Positions 25,013-34,141 are shown, numbered from the stretch's first letter. The stretch: 64,000 nt of DNA from Desulfobacteraceae bacterium (GCA_013791935.1 VMSV01000023.1:4779-68778), one strand, 5' to 3'. Notes: generated from the letters alone by a model not told the origin. Translations and numbers: made by a program.

Positions 25013-26167
25013 TCATTTTTCCGCCAGAATCTGTTCGATAAAGGCTTCGATTCTAACCTTCAGCTGGCCGATGTCCGACTGGGAGTAATCCGTGACCACG
25101 TGGAGGAAGGGAATCCCGTGCTTTTCCCGGACCAGCTCTCCCACCCGATAGGACTCGATGTTGAAGGCGTGGCAGGACTGCCAGGTGAGATCGATGACCC
25201 CGTCGATGTTGAAGTCCCGAATGAGCAAATCAATGTCGTCAAAACGGGTGTTGTTGGGAGTCATGCAGGAACAGGTCACCCGAAGATACCGCTCGGCAAT
25301 GGCGTCCAAAGGATCTTTGGTTTCATCGATGGGGTCGTTTAAACGGGTAACCCCGCCGCATCCTTCCTGGCAGACCACCACTCCGCCGCATTCTTCCACC
25401 AGGCGAAGAACTTTATCACACCCCAGGGAGTTACCCAGGCCGGTCCAGAGAATTCTGGGACGTTTTGCATCGCAGGCCGCGTAACCGGTTTCAATGCGCC
25501 GGGTCAGCTCGCTTAATATGGATTCGAGATTTCGATGATAGTCGGTTCGATCCACCGTGTATCCGGTTTTGGTGGATACGGCCACCAGGTCCAGACCCAT
25601 GATGGGAGGCGGCTGGACCTTTCGGCATTCATGGATGGCCTTTAGAAGTGCCCTTTCCTTGTTGCCCCGGGCGATGGCTTCCCGCAATGAAGTTTCTGTA
25701 ATCTTGACATCAAGCTGGTCTTCAATGAAAGCTTTAAGCTTTTCGATCTCCCCACGCCAGTGAATTTTGGCTTCCGGCTCCTCCGGTCTTTGGGGAAGAT
25801 CCATCACATGCATGGTTTTTTCCCGGGCCAGCAGCTCGTACATTTTTTTCCGGCCGTCACAGGTGGTTTCGCCCACAATGACATCCGCCAAAGGGAAGAT
25901 CGGACAGGTGTTGTTGATGGCCCGACCGTAGGTGGCCTTCACCATGGGACACTGATCGGCGGGAAGAACTTTTTCCGCTGCTTCGATGGGACCTTCGGTG
26001 GTGCCGCAGAGTCCAACGGAAATGGCCCCGGCCGCCCAGACAATTTCCCGCGGAAAGTAAGAACACAAGGACCCGACAACTTTTTTGCCCTCATCTTTGG
26101 CCATTTCCAACTGCTGGGCGAAATTGGTTTTTACCTCATCAATTTTCTGATTGACTTTCAGTTCCAT
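25013..26167 (-). CDS. 2-hydroxyacyl-CoA dehydratase / BcrC-BadD-HgdB family protein (shorter DCCP-like paralog), first gene of the ABC/receptor operon
   Basis: 384 aa. Shares Cys-containing blocks with 15102..16379 (VGETTCDGRKKMYE, CQEGCGG, LTWQSCHAFN). It ends with ...QLKVRIEAFIEQ, like the paralog (QLKTRLEAFIEQ). Confidence 0.75.
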   Translation of the reverse strand: MELKVNQKIDEVKTNFAQQLEMAKDEGKKVVGSLCSYFPREIVWAAGAISVGLCGTTEGPIEAAEKVLPADQCPMVKATYGRAINNTCPIFPLADVIVGETTCDGRKKMYELLAREKTMHVMDLPQRPEEPEAKIHWRGEIEKLKAFIEDQLDVKITETSLREAIARGNKERALLKAIHECRKVQPPPIMGLDLVAVSTKTGYTVDRTDYHRNLESILSELTRRIETGYAACDAKRPRILWTGLGNSLGCDKVLRLVEECGGVVVCQEGCGGVTRLNDPIDETKDPLDAIAERYLRVTCSCMTPNNTRFDDIDLLIRDFNIDGVIDLTWQSCHAFNIESYRVGELVREKHGIPFLHVVTDYSQSDIGQLKVRIEAFIEQILAEK

Positions 26168-26455
26168 GGTTTCATCCTTTTCTAATCAGACCTCGAAAAA
26201 AACGCTAAGATTGCACTCCAAAATGGGCATATCAGGAATTCGTGTAACAGAAAGAGAGCAATATATCTAGAATCAGGATAGGTCAAATTGATAATTCTGA
26301 TATGACTTAAGCTCTGGATAGCCTTTTTCGATTATATGTTATTCCCAAAAGTTCAACCCCTCATTCTGGACCTTTTTTCCTTTTGATTCAAAACCCGGAA
26401 TATGCGATAGACACCTAAAGAATGAACCCCCCTTTGGATTTGGAGAAATCAGAAT

Positions 26456-27028
26456 ATGCCTAAAGCAAGCAATTTGAAAAGAGGAACCATCGTAGCCATC
26501 AACCAGTTACCCTATCAGGTGAAACAGGTTGAGGTACATACCCCGTCTGCCAGGGGGGCCAACACCCTGTATAAAGTCCGGTTTAACTGCGTGAGCACAG
26601 GACAAAAGCTGGACCAATCCTATAAAGGGAATGATTTTCTGGAAGATGTGGACCTTGAAAAACGATCGGCAAGTTTTTTATACAGCGACCAGGAGCACTA
26701 CACCTTTATGGATGGTGAAAATTATGAGCAATACACCCTGCCCGCCGGGGCATTGGAAGGTCAGATCCAATGGCTGATGGAAGGCCTCGAAGGGATTGTG
26801 GTGTTTCTACTCAATGGCATCCCCCTGTGCATTGAAATTCCAGATACCATGGATCTTGCCATCACGGAAACCGCCCCGGGCATGAAAGCCGCCTCCGCAA
26901 CCAGCCGAAACAAACCCGCTGTCCTATCCAATGGCGTTACGGTTCTGGTGCCGGAATATCTCACCCAGGGAGAAATCATCAAGGTGAACACGGAAACCGG
27001 AAAATATATGTCCCGGGCCAAGGGATAG
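26456..27028 (+). CDS. yeiP: Elongation factor P-like protein YeiP (EfpL)
   Basis: 190 aa. MPKASNLKRG...HTPSARGANTLYKVRF...ETAPGMKAASATSRNKPAVLSNG...VPEYL closely parallels E. coli YeiP as I remember it (SPTARGAATLYKMRF, ETAPGIKGASASARNKPA). Confidence 0.9.
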   Translation: MPKASNLKRGTIVAINQLPYQVKQVEVHTPSARGANTLYKVRFNCVSTGQKLDQSYKGNDFLEDVDLEKRSASFLYSDQEHYTFMDGENYEQYTLPAGALEGQIQWLMEGLEGIVVFLLNGIPLCIEIPDTMDLAITETAPGMKAASATSRNKPAVLSNGVTVLVPEYLTQGEIIKVNTETGKYMSRAKG

Positions 27029-27030
27029 GC

Positions 27031-27636
27031 TCAACCCCCGGCGCAGGCCCGGCAGAGGTTTTTGCCGTTTTTTTTCTGAAGTTTGGTCCCCATGACCCCC
27101 TCCCTGCAGAAATCGCAGGGAACCGAGGGGGCGATCTGCGCTCTGGCCGGCAGTTCCACGTTCACCTTCTGAACCGTAAAAAGCTTTTCTTCCGGCAGGG
27201 TCAAAACATCCCCGGTTCTTTTCAAATGCAGGCCGTCAAAGGCTTTCCTGTCGTTTTCATCCGCGGTTCCGCTGGTTATTTTCTGGATCAGGGCCATGTG
27301 GGCCGGGTCCGGCTTAAATGCATCGGGTTTCAAGACCACGCGAACCCCCTCGCCGGTATTTCGGGATAAAAGCGTTACGGCCACTTTTCCGTGGTCTTTA
27401 TAGATGAAATTGCCCTTGCCGAAGGTGCATCCGGTGAGAACCTGGATGGCGTCGGCGCAGCAGGCATCGGTTTCCACGATTGCAACGATTTCCTCGTCTT
27501 CGCTCCGCAGGGCATTCAATCTTTCCATGGCTGTTTTGGCGGCCCGAAAGCCCATGGAAAGACCCGGGCATAAATGACCGTGGAATTCCACACATTTTCT
27601 GAAATCTTCACTGTCCATAATTTCTTCTGCGCTCAT
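27031..27636 (-). CDS. FmdE/FwdE-family protein with a C-terminal zinc ribbon
   Basis: FHGHLCPGLSMGFRA...ETDACCADAIQVLTGCTFGKGN. The C-terminus reads CDFCRE...CRAC. Confidence 0.85.
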   Translation of the reverse strand: MSAEEIMDSEDFRKCVEFHGHLCPGLSMGFRAAKTAMERLNALRSEDEEIVAIVETDACCADAIQVLTGCTFGKGNFIYKDHGKVAVTLLSRNTGEGVRVVLKPDAFKPDPAHMALIQKITSGTADENDRKAFDGLHLKRTGDVLTLPEEKLFTVQKVNVELPARAQIAPSVPCDFCREGVMGTKLQKKNGKNLCRACAGG

Positions 27637-27646
27637 TATTTACTCC

Positions 27647-28747
27647 TTATTCTTCAGGTTTTAAAAAATTCGCCATGGCTCCCAAAGAACCATAGTCTTT
27701 TTTCATGGCTTCATACACCGGCTTTCCCACCAGAAACGTATAGATTTCGTCCGCCTTTTTTTCAGGGTCGATATCTTTGAAGGAGTCGGGGTAGAGGATT
27801 TTCCCGACGGCGTAGGCATCGGCCAGGGCCGTGCTGATATTTGTTGCGTACCAGTTGAACGGCAGCAGGGTATGGACTTTCTTCTCGGAAAAAGCCTTCA
27901 AGGAAAAATAAAATTCCGGCTTTTTGGAAAAGTCTTCCGTCACCAGGGCCAACCCTCCTCCGTCTATGAAGATCACATCCGGATTCATCTTCAAAAGCGC
28001 TTCCTTATCCAGAAAAACATGGCTGCCCATTTTGGTCTCCTGAGCCTCTGCCAGGTTGTTTGCGTTCACCCAGGAAAAAGGAAGGTAGCTTTTTTCCGTG
28101 CTCTCAATGCCGAAGGTTCCTTTATATCCTATTCCTCCCACGTAAACCGAAGGGCGTAGTTTTACCGGGATATGCTTTGTACGGGCGTTGAGATCCTTTT
28201 GAATGGATCCAAAATAGGCAATGACCTCATCGGCCCGTTTTTCACGGTTCAGGATTTTCCCTGCGATTTTAAGGGAATCCAAAAGGGCTTGATCAAAACC
28301 GCCCAGAGGGCCATAGCTCAATACCACAAAGGGAATCCCCGATATTTTTTGGGCTTCGTCCGCAAGGGGCGCATCCAGATAGGTCACAAAAACCACCCGG
28401 GGATTCACCGCCATGATGGATTCCAGGTCCGGCTTTTTGTTGATTCCTGCAGGGCCACCCGGACCGCAGGAAGGCAAGGAGGAAAATTCAGGGTGAGCAA
28501 GCCAGTAGGGCCGGCCCCTGGAGTTCATCTTCTCCATATTTTCCACCCCCGCCACCTTGTCCCGGGCCTGAAGATAGACCAGCAGCCGCAGCGCACCCGG
28601 ACCGATCCCGATGATTTTCTGAGGGTCCGGGGGTGTTCGGACTTCCCGCCCGACCATGTCCTTTACAATAAGGGTTTCCGCGTGGATCGGAAACGGGAGT
28701 ACGATGCAAAGCAGAATAAAAGCCAGAATAAAACCGGTTTTTTTCAT
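27647..28747 (-). CDS. Periplasmic binding protein of a FecB/FepB/BtuF-type (metal-chelate/corrinoid) ABC importer
   Basis: Signal peptide MKKTGFILAFILLCIVL. Followed by PQKIIGIGPGALRLLVYLQA...NPDVIFIDGG. The ORF-track N-terminal extension to 28831 is rejected (AGGAG lies before 28747). Confidence 0.85.
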   Translation of the reverse strand: MKKTGFILAFILLCIVLPFPIHAETLIVKDMVGREVRTPPDPQKIIGIGPGALRLLVYLQARDKVAGVENMEKMNSRGRPYWLAHPEFSSLPSCGPGGPAGINKKPDLESIMAVNPRVVFVTYLDAPLADEAQKISGIPFVVLSYGPLGGFDQALLDSLKIAGKILNREKRADEVIAYFGSIQKDLNARTKHIPVKLRPSVYVGGIGYKGTFGIESTEKSYLPFSWVNANNLAEAQETKMGSHVFLDKEALLKMNPDVIFIDGGGLALVTEDFSKKPEFYFSLKAFSEKKVHTLLPFNWYATNISTALADAYAVGKILYPDSFKDIDPEKKADEIYTFLVGKPVYEAMKKDYGSLGAMANFLKPEE

Positions 28748-28763
28748 CGGGGTCTCCTTGTTT

Positions 28764-29516
28764 TTATACCGGCACCACCACCTGATGGCCGCCGATGTCT
28801 TGGAGAAGAACATTGACGTCATAGACTTCACTGATGATTTCAGAGGTTAGCCCTTCCTTTGGCACCGCCGCGTGAATGCTGTTGTTTTTCATAAAAACAA
28901 ACCGGTCGGCAAACCGGAGCGCCGTGTTTAAATCATGAATGGCCACCACGGCAGCCAACTGCTGTGTATCCACAATCCTTCGAATCAGGCCCATGACGTC
29001 CAATTGGTTTTTCAAATCCAAATTGCTGGTGGGTTCATCCAATAGCAGTATTCCAGGGCTCTGGGCAAGGGCCCTGGCAATCCCTACCTTTTGCATCTCG
29101 CCGCCGCTTAAATCGCTCACGGGTCGCATGGCCAGCTGGGCCAGGCCGATTTCCTGAAGGATCCTCTCCACCAGGAGGTAGTCGGTTTGTTGCACGCTCC
29201 ATTGGATATGGGGCTTGCGGCCCAGGAGCACCGCTTCAAAAACCGTCAGGGACGTTTCCGGATGGCGCTGGGGCACATAGCCCATGATTCGGGCGATCTG
29301 CTTCCTGCCGAGAGAAAGAAGATTTTCTTCCCCGACCATGACGTTGCCTTTTCCGGCTTTCAGTATCCGGTTCAAGCATTTCAGCAGGGTGGATTTCCCT
29401 GCTCCGTTCACTCCCAGAATACACATCATCTGACCCGGATTCAGGTGAAAACGGATATCCGACAACACGGGGTGGCTATTGTAGGAAAAACAAATATCCC
29501 TCACCACCAGTTTCAT
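28764..29516 (-). CDS. ABC ATP-binding protein (FepC/FecE/BtuD type)
   Basis: Walker A GVNGAGKSTL, signature LSGGEMQKVGIARAL, Walker B ILLLDEPTSNLD. Confidence 0.95.
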   Translation of the reverse strand: MKLVVRDICFSYNSHPVLSDIRFHLNPGQMMCILGVNGAGKSTLLKCLNRILKAGKGNVMVGEENLLSLGRKQIARIMGYVPQRHPETSLTVFEAVLLGRKPHIQWSVQQTDYLLVERILQEIGLAQLAMRPVSDLSGGEMQKVGIARALAQSPGILLLDEPTSNLDLKNQLDVMGLIRRIVDTQQLAAVVAIHDLNTALRFADRFVFMKNNSIHAAVPKEGLTSEIISEVYDVNVLLQDIGGHQVVVPV

Positions 29517-30580
29517 GGGTGCCTCCGAATCAGCAGATAAAGGAACATGGGTGCCCCCAGAAAAGAGGTAATGATGCCCACGGGCAGGGCACCTGAACCC
29601 AGAATCACACGTCCAAGGGTATCAGCGCAAAGAAGAATAAGGGCGCCGATGACCGAGGAGAAGGGGATCAGAATGCCGTGGTCTTCCCCCACAAGCTTTC
29701 TTGAGATATGGGGAGCGATGAGCCCCACAAAAGCGATGACCCCGTGGAAGGCCGTGGCCAGGGCGCAGATGAGGGAAACGGCCAGCAGACTGATGATTCG
29801 GGTTCGTTCCACATTCACCCCCAGGCCCTTTGCATTGTCCTCCCCCAGCATCATGGCGTTCAAATCCCATCTTCGGGCCATGAGATACAGGGTTACGGCT
29901 GCCGTGACGCCGCTTAATATGAGAATTTCCCGCCAGTTGGACCGGCCCACATCCCCGAAGGTCCAGAAGATTACAATGGCCAGTTGGATTTCCGTGGCCA
30001 GGTACTGAATCAGGGCTGTGGCCGAAGAAAAAAGGGCGGAGAGAGCCACCCCTGTCAGAATCACCGCCTCGGGAGCCAGCCGCTTGATGCCGGCCAGAAT
30101 CAGGATGATGAACATGGCCCCCATGGCGCCGGCAAAGGCGAAGGTGGTGACGGAGAATAGCTTGGCGCCGAACACCACAATGGATAGGGCCGCGCCAAAG
30201 GCTGCCCCCTGGCTGATTCCCAGGGTGGCTGGAGAACCCAGGGGATTTTTCAAAACCGATTGAAGGCAGAGGCCGGACACCGAAAGGCCCCAGCCGCAAA
30301 CCATGGCCGCCACCACCCGGGGAAGCCGGATGCTGGTGATCACAACCCCTGCCGGGCCGGTTATTTTTCCCGATAAAGCAGCCAGCACATCCCATAACGG
30401 AATTGCATAGGCGCCCATGGCAATGGAATAAACCGCAATCCCCCCCATCAATCCTGTTAAAGCAAGCAGGAGCAGCATTTTCTGACGGGTTCCGGAAAGA
30501 TACGTCTCAACGATCCCTCCGGAGGGGTTTCCCGCTCGGGGATTCAAACCCGGCTCATCGAATTTTATTTCACCTGCCAT
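29513..30580 (-). CDS. FecCD/BtuC-family ABC permease
   Basis: 355 aa, about 9-10 TM segments. RLPRVVAAMVCGWGLSVSG...GAPMFLYLLIRR. Confidence 0.9.
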   Translation of the reverse strand: MAGEIKFDEPGLNPRAGNPSGGIVETYLSGTRQKMLLLLALTGLMGGIAVYSIAMGAYAIPLWDVLAALSGKITGPAGVVITSIRLPRVVAAMVCGWGLSVSGLCLQSVLKNPLGSPATLGISQGAAFGAALSIVVFGAKLFSVTTFAFAGAMGAMFIILILAGIKRLAPEAVILTGVALSALFSSATALIQYLATEIQLAIVIFWTFGDVGRSNWREILILSGVTAAVTLYLMARRWDLNAMMLGEDNAKGLGVNVERTRIISLLAVSLICALATAFHGVIAFVGLIAPHISRKLVGEDHGILIPFSSVIGALILLCADTLGRVILGSGALPVGIITSFLGAPMFLYLLIRRHP

Positions 30581-31344
30581 ACCAATATTCCCTGTTCCAC
30601 ATGGGTGGTGTGCCGAACCAAGCCGTTTTCCTGATTGGATCGAGCAAATTCAAGAAGCTTCCGCCTGTCAGCCGTCCTTCCCTGCATTTCAATATGACCG
30701 GCCATGCTCTCCACAGCCAGCTCGGCCGTTCCCTTCCAATCCCAGGAAGCCCCGAAAAGGTCCAGGGAAGGAGATCTTCCCATGTCCATGAGGATGTCCC
30801 GGGATTTGAAGGCCCCCGGTGGAGGGCCGAATTGGAGCCCGTGCATTTCAAATGCCGATTGAAGGAAAGGGTTCTCCCTTTTCCTTCCCCATCCAATATA
30901 AACGCACCAATGTTTCGCGCATTGCTCCATTTTAAAAAAGTCATTCTCCGTCTGAATTGCCGGCGTCATGGAGGCCCACACCCCGTCAAAGGCTTTTTCA
31001 AACCCTTCTTTTGCAAGATCCGCCTCCTTCCAGGACAACACCCGGGTATTCACATTGGCCATGCCATGCAGATCGGCCTGGGCTTTAAGCCGTTCAATCA
31101 TGGCCGGTGAGGAATCCAGGCCGGTGACTTCCATGGCTTCACGAGCCAAGGGCAGTGTGAAAATTCCCGTGCCGCATCCGATATCCAGCAAAGTCCGGCC
31201 TTCCACGGCAACACCCTTTTCCCTGGCAAGTGCTATCACCCTTTGGGTGTCCCGGAGGGTTTTCTCCTCAAAAGGCAGGGGATAATGCCCGGCCATTTTG
31301 TTCCAGAAAACTGCCGACGTTTCCTTGAATGAAGTATTTTCCAT
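30565..31344 (-). CDS. Class I SAM-dependent methyltransferase
   Basis: Motif I LLDIGCGTGIFTLPLA, followed by VTGLDSSPAMIE. Confidence 0.8.
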   Translation of the reverse strand: MENTSFKETSAVFWNKMAGHYPLPFEEKTLRDTQRVIALAREKGVAVEGRTLLDIGCGTGIFTLPLAREAMEVTGLDSSPAMIERLKAQADLHGMANVNTRVLSWKEADLAKEGFEKAFDGVWASMTPAIQTENDFFKMEQCAKHWCVYIGWGRKRENPFLQSAFEMHGLQFGPPPGAFKSRDILMDMGRSPSLDLFGASWDWKGTAELAVESMAGHIEMQGRTADRRKLLEFARSNQENGLVRHTTHVEQGILVWQVK

Positions 31345-31355
31345 GCTCTTCTCCC

Positions 31356-33500
31356 TTAAAACATGATTTTTGCAGACGCCCCGATGATCCGTCCCGGCAG
31401 GGGGTACCCGAACTGTTCTTCAATGCCCTTGTCAAACAGGTTTTCCACATACAGGCCGAGTTCTCCTTTTTTCGTCACCGGTATTTTAAAATCCAGATCC
31501 GCCGTCACGCTGGAATCCAGCGTCATGAGCTTGAAAGCCTTCTGGGCTGGCGACCCGTAGCTGTAAGCATAAATCGTCTGGCGCTCATCCACGTACCTGG
31601 CCAGGACTCGAACCAGGGAGTCAAAGGGCAGTCTGAGCTCCAATCCCGCATTGGCCTTCCACTCCGGAAGATAATCAATCCGGTCCGTGAGCCCGGCGGT
31701 ATCAAAAAGGTCCCCTTCCTTTCGGGTTTTTTGATAGGTGATGGAGGCGATTCCGGAAACCCTTGAAGCAAGCTGTTTTTTCATGTCAACGGAAAACCCG
31801 GTCAGCACAGCTTCGTTGATGTTGTAAACTCCTCTCCAGGAGGGGTCGAACCGGAACATGATGTAGTCATCCACTTTATAATAGTACCCCGAGAGCCTGA
31901 AATAACCCGGCTGGATGAACTTGCGCTGATAGCTGATTTCAAGTGCATTGTTCTTTTCCGGAGACAAAACCGGGGACCCCTTGGTCATTCCTTCGGCCCA
32001 CCAGTAGGTTTCGGGAAGCCCCGGCGTTCTCAGGGCCTGGTAGGCCGAGAGGGTGAACTCATCCCGGTCTGTCATGGTGTAAGATGCGGTGAGCTTGGGC
32101 GTAATGTTGTCATCCTTGAGTTCGGGGGATGTACTGCCGTGGATGGATTGGTTTTCGTAACTGTCCCACCTTACGCCCGCGGTTAGAGCAAGGGCATCGT
32201 TCATAAACCAGGCATCCTGGAGAAAGAGCCCGTGACAAATCCCCTTGGAGGAGGATTTATAGCCTGTGACCGGCGCCCACCAGTTGTTGTATATCGTGTC
32301 AATAAAATTCAAATCCGTATTCCCGTAGGCCAATACTTTGTGTTCGTATCCGGCTATGAGGTTATGGTTTTCAAACGGTTTTCGGACCTTGAAACAACCG
32401 CCATAGGACCGGTCCGAGGCCACATCCCGGTCCAGAACCAGTGCCCCGTCGTCGTAAGCGGGGTTGATCAGGCTGGACGAATAGTTTTTCTCCTTCCGGT
32501 CTTCATGGTTTTTGTAGATTTTCAATTCCACCTTACCGTCCCATACGGGCTGTTCATAACCGAAATCCAAATAGTACTTGGTTTTGTCCCAGAAGGCCCC
32601 GGGCCCGGGAATAAAGGCTGTACCTGAATAGGGGCTGAAAGTTTCGCCAAAGGACAAGGGATAATCATCATCTTTTTTCATGTAAAAATCCGTGCTGTCC
32701 GGGTTGGTGGATTGGCGGTTTTCTCGAATAAACCCGCGTTCGGCAAATGCGTATTGAAAACCAAAGCGCATGACTCCTTCAGCGGGCATGTCCAAATCCA
32801 TGTTTGCGGAAAGGTTGCGGCCCTCAAAATTATTGTTCCAGAGAAAGGCACCGGCCTTTTGAAAACTTCCGGCCAGGGAATAGCCCAGGGGCCCAACCTT
32901 AAAGGTATGGGTTATCCGGATATTCTCAATGGGATCAATTCCCCTTCCCCCGCCGTAATTCCCGAAAAAGGTGAACCTCGGGGTTTCCGATGGTTTTTTG
33001 GTGATGACGTTGATCACCCCTCCCATGGCGTTGTTTCCGTATTCCGCCGAACCACCGCCCCGGATCAGCTCAATTTTTTCAATATTGTCCAAGGGAATGG
33101 TCCCCCAGTCAATGTAATAGCCCCCCACCACGCCGGCGGCGTTCACCGGCCTGCCGTCGATATTGAGCATAATCCGGTTTCCCGAAAACCCCCGAATAGA
33201 GAGAATATCCGCCGTATCCCCAACGCTGGCCCGGCGTTTGATATCGATTCCGGGAACGTCCTTCAAGACATCGGGAAGGTTGATGTTTTTCCCCTTCTCA
33301 ATGATCTTGACCCCCACCTCAGTGGTGGTTACATCAACCCGGGTCTCTGTGGTGACGAAGATTTCTCCCAGGTTGATGACTTTTGTATTTTCTCCAAAGG
33401 AATATGAGCCATATGAGCTCATAAACACACAAAGCACTGCCATCGAGAATCGTTTAGTACCCTTCAAAACCAACCTCCCTTTCGCATGAAAAGATTTCAC
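31356..33500 (-). CDS. TonB-dependent outer-membrane receptor (first gene of the FmdE/ABC operon)
   Basis: Plug motifs GEIFVTT, DVLKDVPGI, SIRGFSGNRIMLNIDGRPVN and GGGSAEYGNNAMGGVINVITKK. Terminal ...AKIMF. The true start is probably the TTG near 33467, preceded by GGGAGG. Confidence 0.9.
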   Translation of the reverse strand: MKSFHAKGRLVLKGTKRFSMAVLCVFMSSYGSYSFGENTKVINLGEIFVTTETRVDVTTTEVGVKIIEKGKNINLPDVLKDVPGIDIKRRASVGDTADILSIRGFSGNRIMLNIDGRPVNAAGVVGGYYIDWGTIPLDNIEKIELIRGGGSAEYGNNAMGGVINVITKKPSETPRFTFFGNYGGGRGIDPIENIRITHTFKVGPLGYSLAGSFQKAGAFLWNNNFEGRNLSANMDLDMPAEGVMRFGFQYAFAERGFIRENRQSTNPDSTDFYMKKDDDYPLSFGETFSPYSGTAFIPGPGAFWDKTKYYLDFGYEQPVWDGKVELKIYKNHEDRKEKNYSSSLINPAYDDGALVLDRDVASDRSYGGCFKVRKPFENHNLIAGYEHKVLAYGNTDLNFIDTIYNNWWAPVTGYKSSSKGICHGLFLQDAWFMNDALALTAGVRWDSYENQSIHGSTSPELKDDNITPKLTASYTMTDRDEFTLSAYQALRTPGLPETYWWAEGMTKGSPVLSPEKNNALEISYQRKFIQPGYFRLSGYYYKVDDYIMFRFDPSWRGVYNINEAVLTGFSVDMKKQLASRVSGIASITYQKTRKEGDLFDTAGLTDRIDYLPEWKANAGLELRLPFDSLVRVLARYVDERQTIYAYSYGSPAQKAFKLMTLDSSVTADLDFKIPVTKKGELGLYVENLFDKGIEEQFGYPLPGRIIGASAKIMF

Positions 33501-33515
33501 GGCAATACAGCCGCC

Positions 33516-33576
33516 AAAAAAAAAGCCACGAAACCGCCCCGGATTTCAATCCGTGTGCGCCTTCGTGGCTTTTTTT
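33516..33576. terminator. Bidirectional rho-independent terminator-like hairpin immediately 5' of the receptor gene
   Basis: A9-GCCACGAA...(internal CGGAU/AUCCG hairpin)...TTCGTGGC-T7. Confidence 0.6.
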
Positions 33577-33692
33577 ATATGATGAAAATAAATCAGCTTA
33601 TGTATGGCATCTTCCTGATGCCGAATAGATACTCTCCTATCGGAAGGAAAAATCTTTGTCAAATTCTTTTTTTAAAACAGGTCGAGGTTTCC

Positions 33693-34141
33693 TCAGTCAT
33701 GGTCCTTATCATTGGGCTGGTTCATGGGGCGTGAAAGCCGCCGGTCAAGAATTTCAACCCGCGGCAGGTTGCGCACTTTGCGGACAGCCGCCACAAGGGT
33801 GTTTTTTTCTTTTGTCGTGAGAGTGTACAGGTCTCCTCCTTCAAAGTAAACCATGGCTTTGAGGCTTTCGCTTGGCTGGAAATTGATGCCATACATGGCA
33901 CGAGCCGCGGCGAGACCTTTGGGGAGGCTAACTTCTGAATGGAGCATGGCAGCAATGTCACGGTAGTCCTTGGCTTCAATGCGCTGGAGAATAACCTTGG
34001 TTTTTGTAGCCATCAAATCAAGGCAACAGCAGTGCCTCCGTATAAAACAAAGCCCAGTTTGCTATAGGGGTGCAGTTCAGGCCACAGTTTTTTCTGCTCA
34101 AGGGGGAGTATTTCCATGTGCGGTTTAAAAGAGTGGCTCAT
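33693..34141 (-). pseudogene. Remnant of an AbiEii/AbiGii-family nucleotidyltransferase toxin with the catalytic core deleted
   Basis: The N-terminal piece ...LPLEQKKLWPELHPYSKLGFVLYGGTAVALI stops at 34013 (ATGA). The C-terminal piece resumes with ...ILQRIEAKDYRDIAAML...MYGINFQPSESLKAMVYFEGGDL. The expected GHRxSxDxD NTase segment between them is absent. Confidence 0.6.

Noticed and set aside
28748-28831. N-terminal extensions of the binding proteins (to 28831 and 35786), the permease (to 24460) and other ORF-track maxima.
   Set aside because: The extensions overlap upstream genes or gene remnants and precede good RBS/Met/signal-peptide combinations.
33577-33692. Cobalamin riboswitch upstream of the TonB-receptor/BtuFCD-like operon.
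   Set aside because: I could find no B12-box-like core (…GCCACUG… context) and none of the conserved GGGAA/GGUG elements. Only generic hairpins and a terminator are present.
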